Below, piece after piece: positions 18,833 through 30,000 of a stretch of DNA of 64,000 nt. This stretch comes from Candidatus Binatia bacterium. Lineage in GTDB: Bacteria > Desulfobacterota > Binatia > HRBIN30. The notes beneath the pieces are model-generated. The model saw only the letters and a program-made list of their open reading frames with translations, was not told the origin of the DNA and did no database searches. A program made the position numbers and the translations under genes. How positions within the stretch are numbered: position 1 is the stretch's first letter; every line of letters starts with the position of its first letter. The stretch is from the NCBI GenBank assembly GCA_038245295.1, contig JBBRSP010000002.1:320001-384000 (forward strand), written 5' to 3'.

Positions 18833-21178
18833 CTACTTCACTGTGAGGTGCACCAGGCGCGACGTACCCGGTGACAAGGCGGCCTTGAGCTGGAATGTGT
18901 GCTCGCCGACGCTGAGGGGCCAGCGCGCCGTATAGGGATAGGCGACCGTCGCGAACGGAGCGCCATCTACCCACCATACCGCCTGCTCGATCGGCGGGTC
19001 GACTACGGCACGCAGGGCGATTGTCGAGAACTGTGCCGGGCTGTCGGGATCGCGCATGACATCGGCTCCATGCACGGGCGTGACTATCGTCAGCTTCGGT
19101 GTCTCCGATTCCTGCGGCCCGGTTCGACTCATTAGGGCCGCCGGGCCGTCGTAGCCGGCACTGACGGACCAGGCGGCATAACGCGACGGCAACGTTGTGA
19201 CGGTTCGCACCTGCACGAAGTTGACGGGTGTATCTGCCCCGGCGACCCGGCCGTCTCGTCGATCAACGGCGACGCGCTGGTGCGCCTGGCAATCCTGCAT
19301 CGGCTCATCACCGGGGCGGAACCATTCGACGAACACTTGGCCGCAGGCCGGTGTCGCCCGCATGCCGGTGAGGGCGCAGATGCGTTCGGAGTGATACTGC
19401 GGCGGCGGTTCAAACGGCAGATCATCGAGACCGCCGCGCTGATCATTGTGCAGCGCGAGGAGAATGGATTGTGCCAGGCTCGCCGCCGAGTGAAACGCCG
19501 TGAGCTTGCTCATCGGCCGATGTTTCGGATGCCCCAACCAGACGCCGACGACGTAACGCGTCGAATAGGCCACCGTCAGGGCATCGCGGTACTTCGACGA
19601 TGTGCCCGTCTTCAGCGCCACTGGGAACGGATACTCACTCGGCCCCATGCGCGGAAAGGTTGGCAGGCGGGCCATCGGGTCGGCGAGAAACAAGGTGATC
19701 TGCCGCGCCGTGGCCTGCGACAGAACACGACGCGGGACATCGAGAGGTTGGCTGCGCAACCAGACGAGATCAGACAGCACACCATCACGCGCCAACGCGG
19801 TGTAGGCGTGGACCAGATGTTCGAGCGTCACTGGCAGCGCGCCGATCGCCAGGCCGAGGCCAAGCTCGTGTGGATCCTCAGCGCCGTTGTGCAAGCCGAG
19901 TTGCTGCAAGAAAGCGTAGCCGTCGCTCAAACCGATACGTGCCAGCAACGCGGCCGCCGGCACATTGCGCGAGTTGGCCAGCGCGACACGCGGCAACAAC
20001 GGACCGAGGAACGTTTCGTCGGCGTTGATGATGTCACCACGCGGCCGTTGGATGTCGTCGAGAATCGTCGCCGGGGAGATGGTCCCGCGCTCCAACCCAA
20101 GCGCAAACAGGAACGGCTTCAACGTGCTACCTGGGGAACGATCGATGCGACTGTAGTCGAACGCGCCCGCATGCGCCTTATCGAAGTATCCCGTCGAGCC
20201 GACCGCGGCGCGAACTTCATTGGTGGCGCGGTCGACAACCAGCACCGCGGCGTTGCCAACCCCACGCGATTCCAGCTCCCGCACGGTCTGCTGCGCCAAC
20301 CCCGCGACCATGTTCTGGGTCGGCAGGTCGACGGTCATGTCGGTCGTACCGTTGAGGTCGATGCGCCGCTGCGCGTCGCGAAGCCATCCTTCGACACGCG
20401 CAATCAGGTGCAGGGCGTTGGTCGGGCGCGGTGGTAGCGGCGGAATTTGCAGCCGCGTCAGTTGCACTCTGGCCAACTCGAACGCGTCCTGATCCATCTT
20501 GCCGGCATCGAACAAGGCGCGCAGGATCCGTTGCCCGCGCTCTCTGGCGCGCTGGAGGCCCGTGGTCGTGTAAGGGTCACTGCGAGCCGGAGCCTGCGGT
20601 AGTGCTGTTAGAAAAGCGGTCTCGGCCCAACTCAAGTCGTCGACCGGTTTGTTGAGATAACGCCGCGCCGCATAGGCGATGCCGTGGATTCGATGACCAT
20701 ACGGCGCCAGGCGCAGGTACTGAGCCAGGACAGCCTCGCGTCCATAGGTGATGGTCAGCAACAGCGCCGTCGTCGCTTCACTGAGCTTGCGAAGATACGT
20801 CCGCGAACCTGGGCGTTGCATGCGGGCGACCTGCATGGCAATCGTCGAGGCCCCCGAAAGGCGGCGCCCGCTGCGCCAGTTTTCCGTCAGGGCTCGCCCC
20901 ACGGCGACCGGATCAATGCCGGGATGCCGGAGGAAGCGCCGGTCCTCGACCAACAACGTCGCCGCGACGACGCGTGGAGGCAGCTGACGCATGGCCCAGT
21001 AGCCCAGCTCGAGCTCGGGTCGAGCCGCGACCTCGCCGAGAAAGGCTCCCTGACGATCGCGCAGGTAGACCGAGGCCGGTGGCGACACGAGACGATCGTG
21101 TGTGGCAACGAACCAAACGCCGCATGCGACAAGCACAGGCACCACCACGGCGCCCCATCTCGACCGTTGCATCAGCAC
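18833..21178 (-). CDS. pbpC: Penicillin-binding protein 1C (transglycosylase/transpeptidase)
   Basis: EDRRF, GASTIAMQ, SPGSTLKPF (SxxK), SRN, KTGT; lies directly after the alpha-2-macroglobulin gene. Confidence 0.92.
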   Translation of the reverse strand: MLMQRSRWGAVVVPVLVACGVWFVATHDRLVSPPASVYLRDRQGAFLGEVAARPELELGYWAMRQLPPRVVAATLLVEDRRFLRHPGIDPVAVGRALTENWRSGRRLSGASTIAMQVARMQRPGSRTYLRKLSEATTALLLTITYGREAVLAQYLRLAPYGHRIHGIAYAARRYLNKPVDDLSWAETAFLTALPQAPARSDPYTTTGLQRARERGQRILRALFDAGKMDQDAFELARVQLTRLQIPPLPPRPTNALHLIARVEGWLRDAQRRIDLNGTTDMTVDLPTQNMVAGLAQQTVRELESRGVGNAAVLVVDRATNEVRAAVGSTGYFDKAHAGAFDYSRIDRSPGSTLKPFLFALGLERGTISPATILDDIQRPRGDIINADETFLGPLLPRVALANSRNVPAAALLARIGLSDGYAFLQQLGLHNGAEDPHELGLGLAIGALPVTLEHLVHAYTALARDGVLSDLVWLRSQPLDVPRRVLSQATARQITLFLADPMARLPTFPRMGPSEYPFPVALKTGTSSKYRDALTVAYSTRYVVGVWLGHPKHRPMSKLTAFHSAASLAQSILLALHNDQRGGLDDLPFEPPPQYHSERICALTGMRATPACGQVFVEWFRPGDEPMQDCQAHQRVAVDRRDGRVAGADTPVNFVQVRTVTTLPSRYAAWSVSAGYDGPAALMSRTGPQESETPKLTIVTPVHGADVMRDPDSPAQFSTIALRAVVDPPIEQAVWWVDGAPFATVAYPYTARWPLSVGEHTFQLKAALSPGTSRLVHLTVK

Positions 21179-21185
21179 GCCGGGC

Positions 21186-24100
21186 TCACTGTCGTTCGAT
21201 CTCGATGCGGGCGCCGGCCGAGTTGCCGCGCACGCTGCCGTCGTACATCAACTCGGCGAAGGCAGCGGGCTGAATGAACTTGCCGGCTGTCGTCGCCCGC
21301 GTGCGCACGTAGAAGTCGTACGTTCCCTTGGGCAATTCGTCGTAATAGAAGGCTGCCCGGTCATCGAGAAACATCACATACGTTGGGGTCAACGTCGTCT
21401 GCCCGCTCGGCTTGGCCGCCGCCGGGGCGGTGGCGAGATTCGGATTGAGCGGTTCGACGCCGGCGGCGAACGGCAGAACGACCGCCACGGAGTGATGGTC
21501 CAGCGGATTGACGAGTTGCAGGTGCTCCTCAACGACATCGCCGATCACCAGCTTGGCCGTCATCCCAGCGCTGCTCAGCGCGATGCGTTCGGGTGGGATT
21601 GTCTCATCGACAGCCACGCGCTGCAGTTCACGGCTGACGACGAAGCCGCCTGCCACTGGGCTGACCTGACTTCCATCCGCCGCTGGGATGTATGAGATCT
21701 CGGCTCGGGCGATGACCGGCGGCGAGGTCGCATCTCCCGTCGATGTGATTGTGCCGTTGCCGCTCGACGTGCCCAGCCATTGCGTCAATGGCGCCTGCGG
21801 TCCGATTGCCAACGTGCTGTCTCCGTCGTCGTCCAGGTGCAGCGCGATTGTGTGCGGACTGCTGCCCGCAAACGGCGGCTCCAGAACCGCGGCCAGGGCG
21901 CTGAGCGCCGCCGCGTTGGCATTGGTCGAGCCCCAGCCATCGCCACGTCCGAGTGCGACCAGGGCGTTGACCAACAATGGCAGGCGTTTCGCGCCGCCCT
22001 CGGTGCGGGCAATCGCGCGCGTTACTTCGGCCAAGGTCCGCGTTTCACTCGGCAAGACCTTTGGATTGATATCGTCCAGATTGTGCTGCAGCCCACCGTA
22101 GACCTCGTGGCCCTGATACAAACGGATCGTTAGTCCGTCCCACAGCTTCTGAATCAGTCCGTCGAGAGTCGATGACTTGTCACCCGTTGCGGCAAGGGCC
22201 TGGGCGATTTGTGCTGTGGCCTCCAGGTTGAGGAATTGCGACCGCCGCGCCAGTTCCGCCGTGTAGGCCGTGTCGGCACGGCCGGCCGCCGTCAACGCAC
22301 TCAGAGCCCAGGCGCGTTCCAGAAAGGCCTCGCCACGGACGAAGTGACTGTAGTCGGAACGCAGCGCCGCATTGAGCGAGCCGATCAAGCGCTCGTACAG
22401 GGGCGCCTCGATCGTGTAGCCGGCCGCCTTCGCTTCGGTAAGGAACTGCACCGACCAGGCGGTGAGGCTGACGCTTCCCTGCGTTCCCGGCCAGAAGGCA
22501 CACAAGCCGTTGTCGTCGACCACCTGCGGCAGCCAGGCGACGAAGTCGTTCACTGGTTTGTCGGCGTGCTCCGGCGAGTCCTGCTCCTTCAGCAAACGGC
22601 GAAACTGTTTGAGGGCCACGTGCACCCGCGCCTGGCTCAAGCGCTGTTCGGTGCAGCTGTGTGGATAGTGGCGCATGAAGTCGAGTCCCGCCGCCATGCG
22701 CACCAGGGCCGGCTGATCGGAGACGATGAGACTGCGACGTACGGTGCCGGGACGGGCTTCCTCGGTGAGTGCCGGCAACGTTGCGGCGATGCCTGGTTGA
22801 AGATCAAGCAGCACCCGCAAGGCGACACGGTCTCGATCGTCGCGGATCGGCAGCTCGACTTCGACGGCGTCGCCGGCCTTGTCGGCGATACGTTGGGTCG
22901 CCACTTTCACGGTCATGGTATCGCGACTCAGCTTGCAGTCGGCTGTGTAGGGCGGCGTTGCGACCTCGATCGGAAACTCGACGCGCGATGGTTCGGTGAG
23001 TGACAAGGTGATCTGCGGTTCGACCCCGGGCACCGCAGTGCCATCGATCCACGCGCCGACACGCGCGGCACCGGCATCACCTTCGACGACTCGACTAATC
23101 ACGGCGGCGGTAAAGCTGTCGCCAGGACGAACGAAACGCGGCATCGCTGCCTGCGAAACAACCGGCTTGCGCACGGCGATGTTGCCGGTGGCGAAGCCGA
23201 AGCGATCTCCGCCGCTCACGGCTTTCGCGCGAATCTTGAAATTGGTCAGATTGTCCGGCAGCTCGACCGTAACTGTGGCAACACCATCGTTACCGACGAG
23301 GATCGACGGGTTCCAATAGGGCACCGGCTTGAAGCTACGCCGCACCGTCATCTTGTCGAACGGCGCTGCCTCTTCGCCTTCGCCTCCGGAGCCGCCGGGG
23401 CTGTCGGCAAACGGAATCCAGCCGAAGACCATGTTGCGCGTATCGTGCATGCTGAAGAAGGACTGCGGATTGGTGATGAAGTCCGGCAGCGGGTCGAGGC
23501 GTTGCTCTTTGCCCAGCGCCAGCACGGCTTGATCGACGAGCCACAGAGTTACTTCGCCGCCCAGCGGTTTGGCGTGCGCATCACGAAGACGAATCGTGAT
23601 CGGTACCTTGTCGCGCGGCAGGGCTTTCTCGGCATACTCGAGTCCGATCTGCAGGCGATGCTCGGTTGGCTCGACCGACACCCATGACGTCGCCGCCATC
23701 GTCGTCGGCCGGCCCAGATCAATCTGATCGGTGGGAGCGTTGGCTTCCGCCAGCCGGCCACGCATCAACACGAAGTGCACCGGAACGCGCGGTACGAAGT
23801 TCTTGCTGATCTTGAGCGGGTAGGTGGCGCTGCCGCCTTTGACGTCGAGCCATTCGTAGTGATTGCCGTCGGGCGCTTCGACGACGACCAGGGCGTGTGC
23901 TTCCTGGAATGGACTCTTCAGCACCATCTGCGCCGTCTCGCCGGGATTATAGGTGGGCTTGTCGGTCGCCACGTCGAACACACGTGTCGCCGGTTTGTTC
24001 CAGCTCACCGGTTCGTCACCAGCGGCATAGAGATCGACGGAAACGATCTGCGAGCGATTGAGTTTGTCGCGCGCTTCGAGCTGCACGATGTAAACCCCCG

Positions 24101-27029
24101 GATGGTCGATCGGCAGGCTCAAGCCCTTGGCCGCCGCTTCACTGGTGAATGTGGTTTCGCTCACCTTCTCGTCGACGATCTCGGTGACGTAGCGCGCCGT
24201 GCCGTCGGTGAAGTCACTGGCGCGCAGGTGCGAGTGCCACTGGCGTGACAACAGGCGAACCGTGACCTCGACTCCCGTGACGAGCTCGCCGTTCGGCCCG
24301 ACGACGATCGCCTCGGGTTCGATGGCGTGCACCTTTTCGATGTAACGCGGCGCCTTGATGCCGAGCACGAACGGCGGCAGGGCCAGGACGTGTTTGGTGT
24401 TGGTGACGGTTTGATCATCGGCGCCGGTGACGGTTGCTTCTACGATGTAGCGTCGTGGCTGCGCCGACGGTTCGATCGCCGGGTTGAGCGTCAGCTCCGA
24501 GGCGCCGCTGTCATCCGTGACGTCGTCGCGCTCTAGCTTTGGCGTCGAGTCGAACTTGCCGTTGCCGCTGAAGCGGGAGTCCGACGAGTAGACGAAGCCT
24601 GGTTTGGCCGATGGGCTCCAGACATAGGGGAACTGGGTGACCCGCCAGCTGATCGGCCGACGGCTGACGCTGCCTCCCGCATAATACTGCGCTAGCAGTT
24701 TGACGTTGAACTCCTGATCGAGCGGCACCTTCTCCGGCGCGTTCAACTGCACCTCGAAGGTTGGAATGCGATACGCCTCGACACGGAAGCGCACCTCACC
24801 GAAGCTCTCTTCCTTCTTGTTCTCCAGGTGCGCCTTGTATTCGCCCGTCGGTAGGTTGGCTTGCTGGAAGACGGTATCGAAGCTTCCGTACGCGGACAGC
24901 GTGACAGGCAGGCGCCAGACATTGTCCTCGCCCGGTCCGTTCACCACCAGGGTCGGCGTATCGACGCTCTTGACTCGGAGCTCGCCGGCGGCGCGCTCGC
25001 GTAGATATCCCTTCAGGTAGATCTCTTCCTGGGGCCGATACACCGGTCGCTCGCTGAACAGATGACAGAGGAGCTCGGGTTTTGGTCCGCGATCCGTCAA
25101 CGGTTCGAAGGCCCACTGCAACCACGTCGCGGCACTCGGCGCCCAGTGATTGTCGGCGTACTGATCGGGCGCATGTTCGGGATCGAGGACGAGCACGTCG
25201 CGATCCTTGCGCACGACAATGCGGCGCATGCGCGGTGAGAGGTTGCCGACCTCGCCGGGCGCGCGCCACGACCAGGCGCCGCTATCGTCCGTGGTACCGC
25301 TGGCCAGCGACTTCCATTCCTTGTCGTAGATCCCCTGCAGATCAACTGTGGCGCCGCGCACCGGCATGGCGCTGGCCAGCGATGTGACGACGACGCGCAC
25401 GGCGTGTGGCTCTTCGAGTGTGCTCAGGCTGAGGTCGGTTGTTTGCAAACGCATCCACGAGCGCTGGTTGGAGCGGTCGAGTTGGCGCGCGCCGACCAGA
25501 TAGTGCCCCGGCGCATGGGCACCGCTGAGATGCGTCAGTGGCGCTGCCACATCGAGGCCGAATGTCGCGGCACTGCCGCCGCGGCGCAGCGGCAAAGGGA
25601 CGATCTGCGAAAACGGTGGCGCCCCGAGCATTTGGATGAAGCCGGGCAAGGCGGTCGTCGACACATTCTGGAGGCTGGTGTGTGGCGTTGGTTCTTCACC
25701 GGGCCCGGGCGGACGTTGTGATTCGTCGACGAAGACCGGCGACGCCGGGAAAGGCCACAGCGAGCGATCGAGTGGATCGATCGAGTAGACTCGCAGATCA
25801 ACGCGGTCCTCGCCTCGGCCACTCAGCGGCAGGCTCTGTGGACCGAAGCGTTCGATGATTCCCGACGCGACGCCCCAACGTAGAAACTCCTCACGATGTG
25901 GAAAGAAAAAGTGCAACGAGCTCTCGCCGCGGAGATCGAGTGGACGACCGGCCTCGTCGCTGATCGTCGTCGGCTGCAGGCTCAGCTTGTAGATCTGATC
26001 GGCCGAGAAGGTGCCGCGTACGAGCAGTGTATTGCCACTGAGCTCGAAGGTCAGATTGTCGACCGGGGGCGTGATGTGCACGAGGTTGCGCGCGACGACC
26101 GGCCCGAGCTCTAGCGGCTTCGACGAGAAGTCGATCATCAACTCACGCGACCCGCCGCCGCAATCGAGGGCCTGCGCTGCATCGTATACCGATCCGTCTT
26201 GTGAAATCGGGTAGCTGTGTTTCCCGAACTGCTGGCGGCGCTGGTACTGATTCTGCGTGTCGCCGTTCACCGACCGGCAACCGGTTTCGACAATGCGGAA
26301 TGGCTCCGCCGTGGAGAAGCTCAGGCGCGCGAACGAGTCGCTGGCGCGATCGTCGAGCGAAAGCCGCAGGTGAGCCGTTGCCTGTGTACCCAGCGGAATC
26401 TCGCGGTGCAGATGCACGACATACGTGGCCGGGTCGTTCGGCGAGTGCCGCTCCATCGTCTTGATCTCAAAGTCGTCGCGCGTCAGCCAGCGCGAATTGC
26501 GCGCATCGACGCCGGGGACCGGACGCAGCTCGAGGGTCAGCATGCGCACGAGCGATTCAACCTCGAGTGGTTCGGCAAAGGTGAGCGAGATGGTGTCGAG
26601 CCGCATTAGCCCGATGGCATTGTCCGGCGGCACGGTGGTCGTCGGCGCCGACATCAGTGTGATCAACGTGAACGCCTGGCCGTTTACCGTCCAGGAAACT
26701 CGCGCCAGGGGCGGCCACGGAATGGCCGGCTTGAACTGCAGCGTCTGCGCATCGAGCCAGGTGAAGGCACCGGGGTGCCGCGGCTGAATCTTGAGCAGAC
26801 GCTCGGGGTGATCCTCGGGCCCCGGCTTCTTGGGGCCAACCGACTTGTCGAAGAAGATCGTGACCGGATCCCAACGACGCAGGAAGTGATCGGGGATGAT
26901 CGTCGTGCCTGTGGCGGCGGCGGGGCGCTGGGAGACCGCCGTGGAATCCGTGGCGCGCGCTGTTCCGGTGGCGCATGCCAGGAGGCAGAGCAGGGCGGCG
27001 AGAGTCGAGCGGCGCGGACGCGAGTCCAT
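21186..27029 (-). CDS. Bacterial alpha-2-macroglobulin
   Basis: GAGGA RBS and ATG at 27029, signal peptide; ERPVYRP, VDQAVL, LPDNLT, PRFVRPGD, thioester motif YPHSCTEQ, AELMY. Confidence 0.93.
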   Translation of the reverse strand: MDSRPRRSTLAALLCLLACATGTARATDSTAVSQRPAAATGTTIIPDHFLRRWDPVTIFFDKSVGPKKPGPEDHPERLLKIQPRHPGAFTWLDAQTLQFKPAIPWPPLARVSWTVNGQAFTLITLMSAPTTTVPPDNAIGLMRLDTISLTFAEPLEVESLVRMLTLELRPVPGVDARNSRWLTRDDFEIKTMERHSPNDPATYVVHLHREIPLGTQATAHLRLSLDDRASDSFARLSFSTAEPFRIVETGCRSVNGDTQNQYQRRQQFGKHSYPISQDGSVYDAAQALDCGGGSRELMIDFSSKPLELGPVVARNLVHITPPVDNLTFELSGNTLLVRGTFSADQIYKLSLQPTTISDEAGRPLDLRGESSLHFFFPHREEFLRWGVASGIIERFGPQSLPLSGRGEDRVDLRVYSIDPLDRSLWPFPASPVFVDESQRPPGPGEEPTPHTSLQNVSTTALPGFIQMLGAPPFSQIVPLPLRRGGSAATFGLDVAAPLTHLSGAHAPGHYLVGARQLDRSNQRSWMRLQTTDLSLSTLEEPHAVRVVVTSLASAMPVRGATVDLQGIYDKEWKSLASGTTDDSGAWSWRAPGEVGNLSPRMRRIVVRKDRDVLVLDPEHAPDQYADNHWAPSAATWLQWAFEPLTDRGPKPELLCHLFSERPVYRPQEEIYLKGYLRERAAGELRVKSVDTPTLVVNGPGEDNVWRLPVTLSAYGSFDTVFQQANLPTGEYKAHLENKKEESFGEVRFRVEAYRIPTFEVQLNAPEKVPLDQEFNVKLLAQYYAGGSVSRRPISWRVTQFPYVWSPSAKPGFVYSSDSRFSGNGKFDSTPKLERDDVTDDSGASELTLNPAIEPSAQPRRYIVEATVTGADDQTVTNTKHVLALPPFVLGIKAPRYIEKVHAIEPEAIVVGPNGELVTGVEVTVRLLSRQWHSHLRASDFTDGTARYVTEIVDEKVSETTFTSEAAAKGLSLPIDHPGVYIVQLEARDKLNRSQIVSVDLYAAGDEPVSWNKPATRVFDVATDKPTYNPGETAQMVLKSPFQEAHALVVVEAPDGNHYEWLDVKGGSATYPLKISKNFVPRVPVHFVLMRGRLAEANAPTDQIDLGRPTTMAATSWVSVEPTEHRLQIGLEYAEKALPRDKVPITIRLRDAHAKPLGGEVTLWLVDQAVLALGKEQRLDPLPDFITNPQSFFSMHDTRNMVFGWIPFADSPGGSGGEGEEAAPFDKMTVRRSFKPVPYWNPSILVGNDGVATVTVELPDNLTNFKIRAKAVSGGDRFGFATGNIAVRKPVVSQAAMPRFVRPGDSFTAAVISRVVEGDAGAARVGAWIDGTAVPGVEPQITLSLTEPSRVEFPIEVATPPYTADCKLSRDTMTVKVATQRIADKAGDAVEVELPIRDDRDRVALRVLLDLQPGIAATLPALTEEARPGTVRRSLIVSDQPALVRMAAGLDFMRHYPHSCTEQRLSQARVHVALKQFRRLLKEQDSPEHADKPVNDFVAWLPQVVDDNGLCAFWPGTQGSVSLTAWSVQFLTEAKAAGYTIEAPLYERLIGSLNAALRSDYSHFVRGEAFLERAWALSALTAAGRADTAYTAELARRSQFLNLEATAQIAQALAATGDKSSTLDGLIQKLWDGLTIRLYQGHEVYGGLQHNLDDINPKVLPSETRTLAEVTRAIARTEGGAKRLPLLVNALVALGRGDGWGSTNANAAALSALAAVLEPPFAGSSPHTIALHLDDDGDSTLAIGPQAPLTQWLGTSSGNGTITSTGDATSPPVIARAEISYIPAADGSQVSPVAGGFVVSRELQRVAVDETIPPERIALSSAGMTAKLVIGDVVEEHLQLVNPLDHHSVAVVLPFAAGVEPLNPNLATAPAAAKPSGQTTLTPTYVMFLDDRAAFYYDELPKGTYDFYVRTRATTAGKFIQPAAFAELMYDGSVRGNSAGARIEIERQ

Positions 27030-27030
27030 T

Positions 27031-30000
27031 TCAATCCTCATCTTCTGATGCAACCGGTGTGGGCGGCGCGACGGCGCCGTCGATGTACGTGCGGATGACG
27101 TCGTTCGGCGGTCCTGTGCTCGGGGCGGTGACGCCGGCAAGGGCCGGCCGCACCAGCACCGGCCCACCATCACCCGGTGCGTGAACCGCCAACAGGTAGG
27201 TGCCTGGAGCGAGATCGGGCATCTGCACGGTTCCGGTGGAAAGCTGCTTGCCGTCGGCGGTGTAGAGGACCACGTCGACGCGATCCGGGGCGGCCCTGAC
27301 GCCGACACCCACGGCGCCCTGTTGGGCGACCTTGAACGAGAAGAAACGCGTTGTACCCGCGGCCAGCAAGACCTGTGCACCGAGGCCTTCGCCGATGGGC
27401 GATACCGGCGAGGTTGTGAGCTCGGCCGTACCGCTGAGCGCGCGCCCACCGAGGGCACGAAGGCCGATGAGAACGTCGGGACGCTCGACGTAGGTGTCGA
27501 GCACGACGCGCTTCGAGTGAACCGCGACCTCGGGTTCGTCACTACCACGCAAGACGGCGCTGATCGCTGGTACCGCGGCACGTATGTGGACGACAATCGG
27601 CGGCTCCGCATCGAGCCGCAATCGTTGTGAAGCACCGGCCAGAGGGATGACGGCGGGTGGCCGGACAGTCGTCTCCGGGGTGGTTGTGTCGGTCGTCCAC
27701 AATCCCAGCGTACCCGTGCCGCGATTCAGCCAAGCCAGGATGGTCCCAGCCGAATGGGGTACGATGAGGTTACCGCCTGTGCCGGTAACCGTCAGGTCGC
27801 TCCCTTGCGTGATGCGGCCATCCTCGTTCAGCAAGAGTGCGTCGCCACTGGCACCGCGTACGTGCAACGTCAGAGTATCCCCATTGCCGGTGTTCGTGTC
27901 TTCGACGCGTAGGCGCAGGATGCCGCCGGCGGCGGCGCTCCATTCGAACGGGTGATCGCCGTCGATGGCGCGCGCCAGGGTTGGCTCGGTCAGTGCCACC
28001 GTCTCGACGCGTAGCTGACGGTTGTTGCCTTGTACTTGAAACACGGTGAGGCGATCGGCGTCGCTGTCGAGTGTCTCATCGGCCGCTTCATCTCCCGACC
28101 AGTGTACGGTCTTGATGTGTTCGCCATTCGACAGCACGGCCACGAGGCCCGGCTGCAAAGCGAGATGAACTCGCTTCCAACCGGTTGGCAGATCGAAGCG
28201 CCGCGCCGCCTCTTTGGCGAGAGTAATGTCGAGGCCACCGAGAGAAGCCGTCTCCACCTTGGGTTGGGCGAAGGTGAACTGCTGCAGACGCGCCAGGATC
28301 GGTGCTTCCTGCCGATCTGCCGACCAGACGACCGCGGCACGTGATTGAGTTGCCAAGCTTGCTGCCACGGCGGCGTGTGCCCGTGCCGTGTAGGCGGCGG
28401 GTTCGTCGAGACGGACTCCGGGTTGGCCAACGGTCGTCGTAGCCAGAGCGATGACCGCCGAGCCGGTCGGCGCATCGAGGTCAACTGTCGTGGAGCGGCG
28501 CACTTCAGGCTGCACGGCGCGCTGATCACCCGGCCCGAGGACCACGCGCTGCAACGTTGCATGTTGGCCGGCTGGGCCAAGCAGATGGAAAAAGGTCCCA
28601 CGGGCGGCCGCGAGGCCATTCACCGGCGTGTCGCAGCCGCCGGTTGCGTCGGAACAATCCATTGCATCATGGCCGGCGACGCGAAAGAGCCCGTCGTGCG
28701 CCAGACGGATCGTGACACTGCCGAGCGGCGGCGTCAGGCCCGCGATCGGTTGGAAGACGACAGCACCGTTCTTGATCGCCGATTCGGCGATACCCGCGGC
28801 GCTGTGTGCGACCACACTCAGCTCAGCTTCGGCTGGGCGGCCGTCCAGCGACCAAAGGCGCAGGCGATGAGGCGCCTGGTTGAGCGGGGCCGCGACGTGG
28901 AACGCCGAACCACGGTTGGTGACCAATACACGCCAGCCGTTGTCATCGTGGCGTTCGATGGCGCAGACGACACTCTCGGCCGACTTGACACCGGCGATCA
29001 GAAGGTCGCCGGTGCTGTTGATGTCGTAGACCTGCGAGTCGCGTGAAACCGCGACCTTGAATTGAGCCGGAAGTGCCAACGCGCCGTGAGCAATCTCCTG
29101 CGGAGCCCTCATCGATACACGTACGCCAGCCACGGTTGTGTCGTTGCCGTCCCTTGCCGCGTCGTTGAAGGGCACCGACTCATCGTCATGTGCTTCCGCG
29201 TTGGGCTCGTCGCCGGTTGCCGGTCCGGCTGATCCTTGGAGGCTATGGACCTCCACCGCTCGCACCGGGTCGACCTGTAGGCGATAGGTTCCCGCCTGCA
29301 GGGGCTGCTGAAGTTGGAAATTCCAATCGTCCGGACCGTCGTCGTTGCTCGCGACGCGGTTGCCATTCTGATCGAAGAGTGCGGCGCGCACGTCGGTCGA
29401 GCCGAAGGACGCAAGCTGCACGAGACCGTCCCTGCCAACCGCAACATCGAGACTCGCAGGGGGAGTCAGGTCGCGATCTTGCCCAGCCAGCAACTGACGC
29501 GAGCTCAGTCGCAGTGTGTAGGTCGCCTGATCGTCGATGCGCGCGTCGTGTAGCCGCAGAACATAGTTGCCGGCGGTAAGGGAACCATTCCAACCGTGCC
29601 CCGGTTTCAAAGTCGCGACCGCCGGGTCATGCCCTTCGGCGTAGAGCGAACCTTCCATCTCGCCGTTGATCGCGACGGTAATGTCCGCGGCGGCAGGTAG
29701 CGAGAACGTCCAGGCGTCGTCGAGACGCTCCTGGCCGGCCACCGGCTCACGCCAGACGTGCTCGACTCCCTGATCGAACGGCAGGGGATGCGGCCCGTGG
29801 CCGAGGAGCTCTGTTGGCTGCGGCACGCGTTCGAGCAGAGTCAGTCGCCGACCCTCGATGGCCTCAGGTAGCAGGATGATCTGATAGTGGCCCTTGTCGA
29901 AGAAGCGGCTGAGATCGGCGCCGATGTTGGGTGTCTCGATAGGCCAACCCTCGCCATCTTCGAGGCGGCAACGCACGCTACCGCTGAGCGCCAACGAGCG

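Noticed and set aside
27030..27635. N-terminal extension of the 2149-aa A2M ORF
   Set aside because: Overlaps the upstream gene in another frame; RBS and signal peptide support a start at 27029
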